In this document: positions 38,206 through 47,829 of the stretch, one piece after another
How positions within the stretch are numbered: position 1 is the first letter of the stretch
How the letters are laid out: every line of letters starts with the position of its first letter
Program-made: the position numbers and the translations under genes
Source of the DNA: an uncultured Verrucomicrobiae bacterium
GTDB lineage: Bacteria; Verrucomicrobiota; Verrucomicrobiia; Chthoniobacterales; JAFAMB01
Length of the DNA stretch: 64,000 bases
Assembly (NCBI GenBank): GCA_963837955.1
Contig: CAWIPH010000002.1
Coordinates: 3,648,001-3,712,000 of the forward strand
Direction: 5' to 3'
The notes under the pieces: model-generated
The model's input: the letters and a program-made list of their open reading frames with translations, nothing else
Told to the model about the DNA's origin: nothing
Databases searched by the model: none

Positions 38206-38609
38206 AAATCGCGTTTCTTCTCGTTTTGGTTAAGACGGGCTACCCTTAATAACGTTGCCCAGTGATGGCAACTAAATTAATTGCATCAAATAGCAACAAA
38301 ATTCTTTGACGAGTAGGGCTGACCTGGCAGCCGCCTCCGGTTCTCGGGGATTCTGGCGCCGGGCGGTTTCACGAGGATAGATAAGAGCGAGGGGTTCAAG
38401 GATTTATCTTAAAGTGCTGCTACTCCATTCCGCGGAAATATTTGGGCGAATTTTCCCAAACTAAAGATCGCTAGGTCGGTTTAATCGATCGCTGCTAACG
38501 TGTTTTTGTGTTGACCTGTTGTTTGGATTAGCCACTCTAGACGCCTCTTGCCTGCCAGTTGCCACAGAAGTTTACTTTTAGGCCCGAAATTGTTACCTCT
38601 AACCCCACC

Positions 38610-40415
38610 ATGGCGGATCCAATTTCCTCCTTCGATCTTCGTTTCACTCCCGATTGGCTGAAGGAATCGGAGAAGGAAAATCGGTACGCCGACTACGAAG
38701 GAGAGGCTCGCGAAAACCGGCGCGATCGACATGACTCTCGTCCGCGTCGCGGCGGCCCATCCGACCGGCAACGGCGCGACCCACGTGATAACCGAAGGGC
38801 CGGTTCGCGACCACCGCGACCCGGCGGACAGCGCCCCCGCGACGCGGCACCAGGCCAGAGACCACCGCGAACGGAGGACCGAAACCGGCCGCGTCGCGAT
38901 GAGCAGCGACCGGTGCTGGAGGAAGTCGAGCCGGCTGCGGTCCAAGTGGATTTCCTGCCCGAGGAGCGCGCATTTTCCAAAGTAATTGAACAAATTAAGC
39001 AGGGCCATACGGCTTATCCGCTCTTCGGTTTGGCCCGAATGTTCTTGGAACGCCCCGAACGCCATCGCTTACGCATTCGCTCGTTGGATAACAACAAGAT
39101 GCTGTTTCAGCTGGGCGACCACGGACCGATTGCGTTGGAAGGCGTTGCTCTGGAACGGATCGCCTTCGCTGAGAAACGCGATGAGTTTTATGCGACCGAA
39201 ATGGTCGAAAAAGAACCAATCAAAGGGAACTTTACCTCAGTTGCTCGGTGTACGTTATCGGGTCGGGTCTTGGGCCCAACCAACTATCACACGTTCCAGA
39301 AGACCATACGTTCTTTGTACGATCAGCGCTTTAGCCGGCGGATGAGCTTCGAAGAATATCGGCGCACTATCGAGATCAGTACCGATTCGGCAATTGTTGA
39401 CCAGTGGAAAGAAGAAGCGCGAAGGACGATGACTTTTCGAACAAAAGAAGGCGATCAGCCGCTAACCTTCGAAAATTTGAATGCCGTAGAGTTACATTTT
39501 CGGCAAAACTATTTTCAGAAAGTAGTCAGGCCGTGCCTGGCTGCCGAGATATACGGCGACCATGTGCGGCATCTTCCAGACCGTTCAGTGGTTGCGGCTA
39601 TTCGAAAGGCACGGGACAGGGAAAATCGCTTTCCCGCCCAGATGGCAGGCGCATTGCGGCACGGCTTAAATCAAGCTGGTCTCCATGTTTTTAAGCACAA
39701 GAAGCGCATTCTCTATATTTCCACCGTCCGACCACAACTCTTCGATCCGAACCAAACTTCGCTTTCCTCGGGTCTTGCCGCAATTCTAGCTGCGCTCCGC
39801 TCGTATCCGCGCATCACTCGAAAGCAGCTCGCGGAAAAAGTGTTGGCGAAGTTGATCGGCGACAAGAGCCTCGAACCAACGAGTCCCGAGTACGCGCAGG
39901 GAAAGACGAATTTAGCCTCCGATCTGCTTTGGTTAGCTAAAGCCGGCCATGTGATCGAATTTTCTGACGGCACGTTGGATTTGCCACTTTCTCCCAAGAG
40001 CCCCGAACAAAAGGAAGCGCACCCAACCGAAAACGCTCCTTCCCCTGCATCTCCGATATCAAAGTCGCTGCATTCCGAAAAAGAAACCGATCCGCTGAAG
40101 GTAGAGCACGAGCCTTTAGCCGACCAACCGGCTACGGCAACAGAACAAATCGGGGAAGACGCTTTCGGCACGCCGGCCGAAGAGGGCACAGAAACTGGAC
40201 AGAAACAGGATCTGACGCATTCCGATCAAAAACCACACGAGCCCGAAGTTCATGCCGTTGGCCAAGAGCCGTTTTCGCCCGAGTCTCAGAGTGCCCCGGA
40301 GACACCGAATTCGCCGCAAAGCGACGTGTTGACCGCGGAAGGGGGAAGCGTCAATCCTCCCGACTCCTCAGATTCTCCAGAGGAACGGAGAGAATGGGCA
40401 GCAGCCGGTTCTTAG
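38610..40415 (+). CDS. Hypothetical protein with an Arg/Pro-rich N-terminus and an acidic disordered C-terminus
   Basis: Long open frame (ATG 38610 preferred) with a globular-looking core (CTLSGRVLGPTNYH, DLLWLAKAGHVIEFSDG). Confidence 0.8.
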   Translation: MADPISSFDLRFTPDWLKESEKENRYADYEGEARENRRDRHDSRPRRGGPSDRQRRDPRDNRRAGSRPPRPGGQRPRDAAPGQRPPRTEDRNRPRRDEQRPVLEEVEPAAVQVDFLPEERAFSKVIEQIKQGHTAYPLFGLARMFLERPERHRLRIRSLDNNKMLFQLGDHGPIALEGVALERIAFAEKRDEFYATEMVEKEPIKGNFTSVARCTLSGRVLGPTNYHTFQKTIRSLYDQRFSRRMSFEEYRRTIEISTDSAIVDQWKEEARRTMTFRTKEGDQPLTFENLNAVELHFRQNYFQKVVRPCLAAEIYGDHVRHLPDRSVVAAIRKARDRENRFPAQMAGALRHGLNQAGLHVFKHKKRILYISTVRPQLFDPNQTSLSSGLAAILAALRSYPRITRKQLAEKVLAKLIGDKSLEPTSPEYAQGKTNLASDLLWLAKAGHVIEFSDGTLDLPLSPKSPEQKEAHPTENAPSPASPISKSLHSEKETDPLKVEHEPLADQPATATEQIGEDAFGTPAEEGTETGQKQDLTHSDQKPHEPEVHAVGQEPFSPESQSAPETPNSPQSDVLTAEGGSVNPPDSSDSPEERREWAAAGS

Positions 40416-40428
40416 GAATCTTCATCGC

Positions 40429-41232
40429 ATGAGGATCGTCCGGTACCTGGCTCAGGAAGGGAGCGTGCGCTATGCAGCCGAGGAACCAAGCGGGCGGTGC
40501 TTTGATCTCTCTGGCGATATTTACCACGCATTCGAGGTCACAGACCACGAAGCGAACATGGTAAAGCTGCTGGCCCCGGTTGAACCACGCGTCTTGCTCT
40601 GCATCGGGCTGAATTATCGCGATCACGCGCAGGAACAAGGATCTCCGTTGCCGCAGTGGCCAATGCTATTCATTAAGTCTCCCAATAGCCTTAGCCATCC
40701 GGGCGATCCGATCGTCGTTCCGACTCATCTGGCCAGTGCAGAGGTCGACTATGAAGGAGAGCTCGCGGTAGTGATCGGGCGGGATTGCAAGAACGTCCGG
40801 CGCGAAGACGCCCTTTCTTTCGTCCTTGGCTACACCGTCGCAGATGATGTGACCGCACGGGATTGGCAAAAGAAATATGGTGGAGGCCAATTCTGCCGCG
40901 GAAAGAGTTTTGACACATTCGCGCCGCTTGGGCCCGCACTCCTCACCAAAGACGAGATCCCGGACCCCGGCCAGTTACGTATCCAAACCCGGGTAAACAG
41001 CGAAACAAGACAAGATTCGAACACGTCTAATCTCATTTTTGACATTCCAACGCTGATTGAATTCTTGAGCGGAAGTACGACGCTGCTGGCGGGATCAGTC
41101 ATCCTTACGGGAACTCCTAATGGAGTGGGAATGGCCATGAAACCACCGCATTTCTTGCGGCCTGGTGATGTGGTTGAGGTCGAGATCGAAAAGATTGGCG
41201 TGCTAAGCAACCCGGTCACGAAAGAGTTGTAG
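40429..41232 (+). CDS. Fumarylacetoacetate hydrolase family protein
   Basis: CIGLNYRDH, VDYEGEL, DDVTARD, GKSFDTF, TGTPNGVG. Confidence 0.93.
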   Translation: MRIVRYLAQEGSVRYAAEEPSGRCFDLSGDIYHAFEVTDHEANMVKLLAPVEPRVLLCIGLNYRDHAQEQGSPLPQWPMLFIKSPNSLSHPGDPIVVPTHLASAEVDYEGELAVVIGRDCKNVRREDALSFVLGYTVADDVTARDWQKKYGGGQFCRGKSFDTFAPLGPALLTKDEIPDPGQLRIQTRVNSETRQDSNTSNLIFDIPTLIEFLSGSTTLLAGSVILTGTPNGVGMAMKPPHFLRPGDVVEVEIEKIGVLSNPVTKEL

Positions 41233-41235
41233 CCT

Positions 41236-41404
41236 GTAGCCTGATCCTCCTGGCTCAGGAAGGGTACAGCTTGTGAGAGGCGAGAAGTGATTGGTGATTA
41301 GTGATTAGTAAGGGCGGTGAGAGATTTTTGCCGATCGGTATCCACCCACTATTCACCTCTCACTTCTCACAAGCTGTACCCCTGAGCCAGGAGGATCAGG
41401 CTAC
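41236..41404. repeat. Family D GTAG palindrome with internal heptamers
   Basis: GTAGCCTGATCCTCCTGGCTCAGG..GGGTACAGCTTGTGAGA ... TCTCACAAGCTGTACCCCTGAGCCAGGAGGATCAGGCTAC. Confidence 0.9.
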
Positions 41405-41552
41405 TTCGCGAGCCAGTGCGACTCCGTTTGAGCACGCGCGTATTTGAGGGTGGAGTCGCGACACCGATACGCGCGCAGGTCGGAATTGAAGTTCGAAAGG
41501 AAATAAAAAGCAGCTGTTGCGGCTGACGAAGCACCCCTATATTGCCGGCTTC

Positions 41553-43736
41553 GTGAACTTCGAGCTTTCCTCCGAATATAAACCAAGAGGCGATCAGCAA
41601 GCGGCCATTGATCAACTCTTTCGTTCGCTGCAGGCGGGCAACCGTCACCAAACATTGCTGGGTGTAACCGGATCAGGAAAAACCTTCACGGCGGCCAATT
41701 TGATCGCGCAACTCGGGAAACCGACTTTGGTGATTTCGCACAACAAGACTCTAGCCGCCCAACTCTACAGCGAATTTAAGCAATTCTTCCCGCGGAATGC
41801 GGTCGAATATTTCGTCAGTTATTTCGATTATTACCAGCCGGAGGCGTACATCCCGCGGACCGACACCTACATCGAAAAGGATTCATCCATCAACGAAGAG
41901 ATCGAGCGACTTCGGTTGTCAGCCACAAGTTCCCTGCTTTCGCGTCAGGATGTTATCGTCGTGGCTAGTGTCTCCTGCATCTACGGGTTGGGTTCCCCGG
42001 AAGATTACTCGAACATGTCCTGCAACATCTATTGCGGACAGCAAATCTCGCGTGAGCTCTTTCTGGCCAAGCTGGTCGACATGCTTTATGAGCGAAACGA
42101 CATTGCTCTCTCCCGCGGAAAATTCCGGGCTCGGGGAGATGTCGTCGAAGTGTATCCTGCGATTTCGGACGAGGAAGCGATTCGAGTCGAATTCTTTGGC
42201 GATGAGATTGACCGAATCGCTCGCTTCGATCCTCTCACTGGCTCTGTCATTAACGCCCCGGATCGGTTCACCTTCTTCCCAGCGAAACAGTTCGTCACAC
42301 CGTACGAAAAGATGCGGCGCGCAGTTCAAGCTATTCGCGTCGAACTGGACGAACGCATTCCCTGGTTTGAGAGCCAGAACAAGTTCCTGGAAGCGCAACG
42401 GATCAAAATGCGAACCGAGTTCGACCTCGAGATGATGCAGGAAATGGGGTTTTGCAGTGGAATCGAGAATTATTCGCGTCACCTGAGCGGGCGAGAACCC
42501 GGTTCACGGCCTTACACATTACTCGACTTCTTTCCGAGAGACTTTCTGCTCGTGATCGACGAATCGCATGCGACCATCCCCCAAATTGGCGGAATGTATG
42601 AGGGAGACCGCTCTCGAAAGTTGACCTTGGTCGAATATGGGTTCCGGCTCCCCAGTGCATTGGATAACCGGCCATTGAATTTCCCGGAGTTCATGGATAT
42701 GACCGGGCAGATACTCTACATCAGCGCGACTCCAGCCGAATTTGAGATTCGGAATAGCGTGGTCGGGAATGAAACCTATATTCCACACTCCCGCGCCCGG
42801 ATTGGGCAAGAGGAGACTGAACCGGTCCTTTTGCCGATGTTAACCGGCCGCGCTTCCTCCCAGTTCGATGTCCACACACCAGGCTCCCGCTTAGTCGCCC
42901 AACAAATTATCCGCCCAACTGGCTTGTTGGATCCGCGCATCACGTTGCGGTCACTCAAGCATCAGGTCGATGAAACCATCGAATTCTGCCGGCAAAGAGT
43001 AGAAAAAGGCGAACGCGTGTTGATTACGACCTTGACGAAGCGAACTGCCGAAGATCTGACCGATTATTTGCGCGATGTCGGACTGAAAGTACGCTACTTA
43101 CACAGCGAAATTGGCGCTATCGAACGAGTCGAAATCCTGCGTTCCCTCCGAGCCGGTGAGTTCGATGTTCTGGTCGGGATCAACCTGCTGCGAGAAGGGT
43201 TAGATCTGCCGGAAGTCAGCCTCGTCTGTATTCTGGACGCCGACAAAGAGGGGTTTTTGCGGAGTCAGACTTCTTTGATTCAAACAGCAGGTCGGGCCGC
43301 GCGTCACTTGAACGGTGAGGTCGTGCTGTTTGCCGATACGATGACCGAAAGCATTCAACGGCTTATCGCGATTACGGAGTACCGGCGCGCCAAACAGATG
43401 GAGCACAACGAAGCCAATGGCATCACTCCGACGAGCGTGCGTCGCGCCGTCCAGGAAAGCCTCCACACGATACTCCGTGGACGCGATTTAGAGCAGTCAA
43501 TCATCCGCGAAAGCGGTGCAGATCTTGATCTAACCGAAGTGCTAAAAGAGCTCGAAGCGGAAATGCAGGCGGCAGCAGCGAATCTGGAATATGAACGAGC
43601 CGCATTGCTGCGCGACCAGATCAACGAGCTGAAGAACGGTACAGGCCTTTCGAAGATCGAGCCCAAAAATCGACGCCCGGTTTCTTATCGCTCGCCTCAG
43701 GGTTCCCGGCGTGGACCAAAAGCAAAGAAACGTTGA
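41553..43736 (+). CDS. uvrB: Excinuclease ABC subunit B
   Basis: GVTGSGKT, YFDYYQPEAY, DESH, GFRLPSALDNRPL, QTAGRAAR, C-terminal UVR. GTG 41553 preferred as start. Confidence 0.97.
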   Translation: MNFELSSEYKPRGDQQAAIDQLFRSLQAGNRHQTLLGVTGSGKTFTAANLIAQLGKPTLVISHNKTLAAQLYSEFKQFFPRNAVEYFVSYFDYYQPEAYIPRTDTYIEKDSSINEEIERLRLSATSSLLSRQDVIVVASVSCIYGLGSPEDYSNMSCNIYCGQQISRELFLAKLVDMLYERNDIALSRGKFRARGDVVEVYPAISDEEAIRVEFFGDEIDRIARFDPLTGSVINAPDRFTFFPAKQFVTPYEKMRRAVQAIRVELDERIPWFESQNKFLEAQRIKMRTEFDLEMMQEMGFCSGIENYSRHLSGREPGSRPYTLLDFFPRDFLLVIDESHATIPQIGGMYEGDRSRKLTLVEYGFRLPSALDNRPLNFPEFMDMTGQILYISATPAEFEIRNSVVGNETYIPHSRARIGQEETEPVLLPMLTGRASSQFDVHTPGSRLVAQQIIRPTGLLDPRITLRSLKHQVDETIEFCRQRVEKGERVLITTLTKRTAEDLTDYLRDVGLKVRYLHSEIGAIERVEILRSLRAGEFDVLVGINLLREGLDLPEVSLVCILDADKEGFLRSQTSLIQTAGRAARHLNGEVVLFADTMTESIQRLIAITEYRRAKQMEHNEANGITPTSVRRAVQESLHTILRGRDLEQSIIRESGADLDLTEVLKELEAEMQAAAANLEYERAALLRDQINELKNGTGLSKIEPKNRRPVSYRSPQGSRRGPKAKKR

Positions 43737-43737
43737 G

Positions 43738-43906
43738 GTAGCCTGATCCTCCTGGCTCAGGGTTGGTACAGCGTGTGAGACGTGATTGGTGGCGAAATCT
43801 CACGCAAAGACGCAAAGGCGCAAAGAGGAACGGGAAAGGTTGGCTCCAGCGAGTAGCCTGATCCTCCTGGCTCAGGGTTGGTACAGCGTGTGAGACGTGA
43901 TTGGTG
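43738..43906 (+). repeat. 54-bp direct repeat (43738-43791 and 43853-43906) of a family D left arm
   Basis: GTAGCCTGATCCTCCTGGCTCAGGGTTGGTACAGCGTGTGAGACGTGATTGGTG occurs twice. Confidence 0.9.
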
Positions 43907-44085
43907 ATCGGTGATTAGGCGCACAGCGCCGACTTGTCCGCCGAAGCGTTCGTTTGTAATGACCAATGGTGCGGAGATTTTGCGAATGCGGAAGGTGCGC
44001 GTCAGGATAGCCTAGAGGAGCTTGTCGGACTTGATTTAGAGCTTAGGGGTAGCTGGTTAGGGGCCGGGCGAGCTATTTTGAGTTG

Positions 44086-44110
44086 TATCTAATTAGATAT
44101 CTGTCTAATT
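44086..44110 (+). promoter_or_regulatory. Probable autoregulatory operator
   Basis: Overlapping palindromes TATCTAATTAGATA and AATTAGA-N6-TCTAATT directly upstream of ATG 44119. Confidence 0.6.
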
Positions 44111-44118
44111 TAGAACTG

Positions 44119-44700
44119 ATGACTGAAACAGAGGTCGCATCGTTGCTGCGTTTCTTTAAAGCACTGAGCCATCAGAGTCGGGTAAAGCTGCTCGGCTTTT
44201 TGGCGCAGCAAGACCGGTCCGTTCAGGAACTGGCCGGCCTACTTGGCCTTTCCGAGCCGACAACGTCGCATCATCTGAGTCTGCTGCGAGAAGCTGACTT
44301 GGTTCGGCTGCGCCCGGAAGGGAACTTGCACTGGTACGCGTTCGAGGCGGGCGGACTTGCGCGCCTGGCAAAGTCACTTCTTTCCCGTGAGCAAATCGCC
44401 TCTTGGAGCGGCGAGCCCAAAACCGAGGCGCCGGATCGTGTAATCCAAAACTATCTTGAACCAGACGGTCGCCTCCGGCTAATCCCAGCGATGCGCAAAA
44501 AGCGTTACCCGGTCCTCCGGTGGCTGGCTACTCATTTCGATTTGGACCGCCACTATCGAGAAGCGGAAGTGAATCAGATTCTGCAGACCCGGTATTGGGA
44601 TAGCGCTACCCTCCGACGCGAATTAGTGGGTTATCGAATGTTGGCGCGCGAAAAAGGGGTTTATTGGCGCCTACCTGAAGAGCAGTGGTCGCCTGCGTAG
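44119..44700 (+). CDS. ArsR/SmtB HTH regulator with a C-terminal DUF2087-like domain
   Basis: FFKALSHQSRVKLLG, LSEPTTSHHLSLLREADLV; C-terminal IPAMRKKR, YREAEVN, DSATLRRELV. Confidence 0.85.
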   Translation: MTETEVASLLRFFKALSHQSRVKLLGFLAQQDRSVQELAGLLGLSEPTTSHHLSLLREADLVRLRPEGNLHWYAFEAGGLARLAKSLLSREQIASWSGEPKTEAPDRVIQNYLEPDGRLRLIPAMRKKRYPVLRWLATHFDLDRHYREAEVNQILQTRYWDSATLRRELVGYRMLAREKGVYWRLPEEQWSPA

Positions 44701-44835
44701 CCGAGGCTGATCCAGAACTACGAATGTCCTGAGCCAGGAGGATCAGGCTACTCGCTAAGCCAACCTTTCCCGTTTTTCTTTGCGCCTTTGCGTCTTTGCG
44801 TGAGATTCTTCTGCGTCTTTGCGTGAGATTCTTTC

Positions 44836-45960
44836 TCAAGGGGCCAGAAGAATCACGAGCAACTTGCTCAACACGAGACGCGGTTCCAGCTGGGTGGTCA
44901 CCAACTGGATGTTAACCCTCAAGCATTCCTCGAGGCCGCTAACCAACTGAGAGAGAGAGAATCGATGAGCCTCACATGCTGCGATCCCCAGCGCATAAGC
45001 GTTCACGCTTCCATCTTTTCTTCGGGGCAAAAAACTTTGAGCCGCTTGAGGTAATCTGTTAATAACGCTACCAAATTGGAAAGGCGCATTCGGCGGCTTC
45101 ACGCCGTACGTTTCCAAAATCTCTTTCGCGACCAGGAGGTTGCGAACCGTCGGAATGATCGCCGCGTAAAGAATCCCGATCGGTGTTTCTCCTTGAAACA
45201 ACAGTTGATCCAGCAGCGCCAGACTTCCGGTGAGCCGTCGCTTGGCAACCGCGTTACCGAGTTCCCAAATGACGCCGGTCGCGGTTTTGGCTACCAAGTT
45301 GCGGACCAACTCCGAATCGATCTCTCGCTTCTCGCCTAGATAGACGTCGATCTTCTCCAGCTCGTTGCGCAGCTGTCTGGTGTCGGCGCCGGCCAATCGG
45401 ACGAATATCTCGAGGGCTTCCGGCTGAAAGACTAACCTTCGTTCGGCGGCGAGACCGCGCGCTAAACTTTCCGCTTCTTCCTCCCAGCCCGAACGACTGG
45501 TGTCGATTCGATCGAATTGTTCGACCGTCGCCACTTTGGCCAGCGCCTTATAAAATGAACGACGCTTGTCTATTTCGGATGCGCTCAGCAGAAAAGAGAC
45601 ACCGGACGGGAGACCGGCGGAAAGAAATTGCTGCAGGTGATCAAGAGCGGCCAAAACTTGAGTGGATCTGCCGGTGACGGTGTCGCCACAGAAATTAACA
45701 TCCTTTAACCAAACCAGCTTTCCCGATCCAAAAAACGGTAGCGTCTGGACGGCGTCAATCACCCCACGAATTCGATTTACCGCTTGATCGGCATTGTCTG
45801 CGGCGCCGTCGATCAGATCCTGACCAAAATCCCCGGCATCTTTCGGGGTGAGCTGCTGCGCCAGCTCTCGTGCCCGGTTCTTTACCGTGCCCTCATCGGA
45901 GCCGACAACGGCATAAATCTGGGAGGTTTTAGGAGATCCGGCTGTCTTCTTTGGAGCCAT
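44836..45960 (-). CDS. holA: DNA polymerase III subunit delta
   Basis: IYAVVGSDE, QTLPFFG, DKRRSFYK, NELEKI, IWELGNAV. Confidence 0.8.
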   Translation of the reverse strand: MAPKKTAGSPKTSQIYAVVGSDEGTVKNRARELAQQLTPKDAGDFGQDLIDGAADNADQAVNRIRGVIDAVQTLPFFGSGKLVWLKDVNFCGDTVTGRSTQVLAALDHLQQFLSAGLPSGVSFLLSASEIDKRRSFYKALAKVATVEQFDRIDTSRSGWEEEAESLARGLAAERRLVFQPEALEIFVRLAGADTRQLRNELEKIDVYLGEKREIDSELVRNLVAKTATGVIWELGNAVAKRRLTGSLALLDQLLFQGETPIGILYAAIIPTVRNLLVAKEILETYGVKPPNAPFQFGSVINRLPQAAQSFLPRRKDGSVNAYALGIAACEAHRFSLSQLVSGLEECLRVNIQLVTTQLEPRLVLSKLLVILLAP

Positions 45961-46030
45961 GAAATCACAGCATTCTTTAAGGAACCGGTGGAGTAAAGGA
46001 GTTACAGCGTCGTCGGCGCGCATCCCCCAA

Positions 46031-46209
46031 GATCGGTAGGGCGAAAACCTCGGCGCGCCGCTGGGCTAATATAAATCAGTAATGTGCACGCGCCGGGTTT
46101 GAGCCGCCTCGGCGCATCGCAGCTCCCAGATTTCGAATTTCCTTTTCGGCCTAACGGGGTTCGGTCACGCTCCCGGTTCGGCGGTCCGGGAGGACACGCC
46201 CTACCGATC
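46031..46209. repeat. Family A GTAG element
   Basis: GATCGGTAGGGCG ... CGCCCTACCGATC. Left arm shares GGTAGGGCGAAAACCTCGGCGC and CGCGCCGGGTTTGAGCCG with the copy at 910. Confidence 0.85.
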
Positions 46210-46242
46210 GTGGGCCGCCGACGCGCGAATTCTCCGCTCCCC

Positions 46243-46872
46243 TTATCGCTCTAAAAGAAGAGCGCCATTCTGAACACGGACGCTCTGAATCGCGCGGGTT
46301 TGTTGAATCTCGTTCAATGCCGAAAGCAATTGGTTTAGCGTCGGTTCGGTTTGGTCCTTAAAACTGCGCAAAGCGACCGGGTCAAGCGGCTTTCCCGCAC
46401 CAGTAACTCGTAGGACGTTCACCGTTATTTTTTCGTCTGAGATGATCGGTCGCAGGAACACTTCATAGTTCAGGTACTTCGTGACAAACGGCACAAAATG
46501 TAGCGGGACTCGCAGACGTAGTTCAGCCTCATTCTCGCGGAACACGACGTTCGCACCTTTCTGAAGGAAACCGAGCTCCGGTGCCTCTGCTAACATTGCG
46601 TTGACATCGGCTTCCGAAAGCGAAACCGAGCGAATCTCTGCACTCTGCAGGAAATCGTTCAACTTACGGCGCGCTTGCTGATAGGCACCCGGGGTAATGG
46701 CACTATGCGTTACCGCGAGTGGTTGATCCGAAGAGATCGTGTAAAGACTCCAAGCGAAGCGCACTGAAAAAAAAGCGACTGCGGCTACGACCACCAACAG
46801 GAACGTCGCGCCAAGGCACCCTACCATTCCGCAACAGCCGCACCCACCTTGCCGACGCGTATCGTAAGCCAT
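46243..46872 (-). CDS. Hypothetical membrane-anchored protein
   Basis: Cys/Gly-rich GGCGCCG followed by a single TM helix; 209 aa. Confidence 0.7.
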   Translation of the reverse strand: MAYDTRRQGGCGCCGMVGCLGATFLLVVVAAVAFFSVRFAWSLYTISSDQPLAVTHSAITPGAYQQARRKLNDFLQSAEIRSVSLSEADVNAMLAEAPELGFLQKGANVVFRENEAELRLRVPLHFVPFVTKYLNYEVFLRPIISDEKITVNVLRVTGAGKPLDPVALRSFKDQTEPTLNQLLSALNEIQQTRAIQSVRVQNGALLLER

Positions 46873-46993
46873 AGCCTAAGAAGCTCACCAAAGAACAGCG
46901 GGAGCGATCGTATCTTTAAAATATATTGACGCTGAGCAATTTAACCTTACGGGAAGGGTGCCACTTTGCTATTCTTTTTGTGAGGTTCTCAGC

Positions 46994-47689
46994 CTAGTAC
47001 AAGATCCGGCCGCATTGCTCACAATAGACGATCTCCCGCGCCAGCTTCACCTTGTGCACCGTCGTAGTGGTATTTTTCATGTGACAACCCATGCAAACCT
47101 CGTGCTCCACCGGCACGATCGGTGTGCCATTTTTGCTCGTGAACAGTCGCTGATAACGAGAAAGCAGATCTTCGTCGATGGTTGCGGCCAAGGCCTTGCG
47201 CTCCGCCACGGTTTCGAGAAGCCGTTGCTCCAATGTCTCCTGTTTCTTGGCCAATGCGGTTAACTGCTGTTCTGCTTGAGCTCTGCTCGCCTTCAATTCG
47301 GCTTCTGCTTGCTGAGTTTCTCGGCCCGCAGCTTCTACCTGCTCCATCAGCAAGATCTCTTGGTCTTCAATTTGCTCGATCTCCTGTTCCAGCCGAGCGA
47401 TCGATTGGCCGAGTGATTGGAATTCTTCGTTTTTTCGTGTTTGCGATTGTTGAGTTTTGTATTTAGCGATGGTGTCGCGCCGGCTGTCTGCATCAAGTTC
47501 CAGCTTTTTTCTCTGCACCTCGATCTCTTTGCCTCGCAGTTTGATTTGATCGAAGGCCTCGCCTCGGTTTTTTACTGTTTGCTCAATGCGTTGTCGCTCC
47601 AGCGGTACGGAATTTAGTTCAATTTGGTAGGCTTTGATTTTTTGGTCACGATCTTGAATAACCAGTAGCTGTTCGATCTCGGGCAGCAT
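46994..47689 (-). CDS. Coiled-coil C4 zinc-ribbon protein (DUF164/CT398-like)
   Basis: Long coiled coil, then CMGCHM...CEQCGRILY. Confidence 0.88.
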   Translation of the reverse strand: MLPEIEQLLVIQDRDQKIKAYQIELNSVPLERQRIEQTVKNRGEAFDQIKLRGKEIEVQRKKLELDADSRRDTIAKYKTQQSQTRKNEEFQSLGQSIARLEQEIEQIEDQEILLMEQVEAAGRETQQAEAELKASRAQAEQQLTALAKKQETLEQRLLETVAERKALAATIDEDLLSRYQRLFTSKNGTPIVPVEHEVCMGCHMKNTTTTVHKVKLAREIVYCEQCGRILY

Positions 47690-47829
47690 TGTGCTTTTAG
47701 TCTAGAACAAGAAACGGAAAACGGAAAACTGGAAACAGGAGGTAAAATACGGAATACGGACCCTCGGGATGGCGAAGCACATAGTAAACGGCCAATCGCT
47801 ATCTTCCAAACTCTGCGACCGGTAACCTC

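Larger units (their letters stand above)
43796..44807. mobile_element. Putative repeat-bounded cassette: ~80-bp inverted repeats flanking the ArsR/DUF2087 gene
   Basis: 43796-43876 and 44728-44807 are near-perfect inverted copies. No transposase is present, so mobility is inferred. Confidence 0.5.

Noticed and set aside
38366..38380. GTTTCACG as a parS half-site (also near 11003 and 23006)
   Set aside because: The second half of the palindrome is absent.
42750..42890. UvrB insertion as an intein
   Set aside because: Too short and lacks intein terminal motifs (C/S start, HN end).
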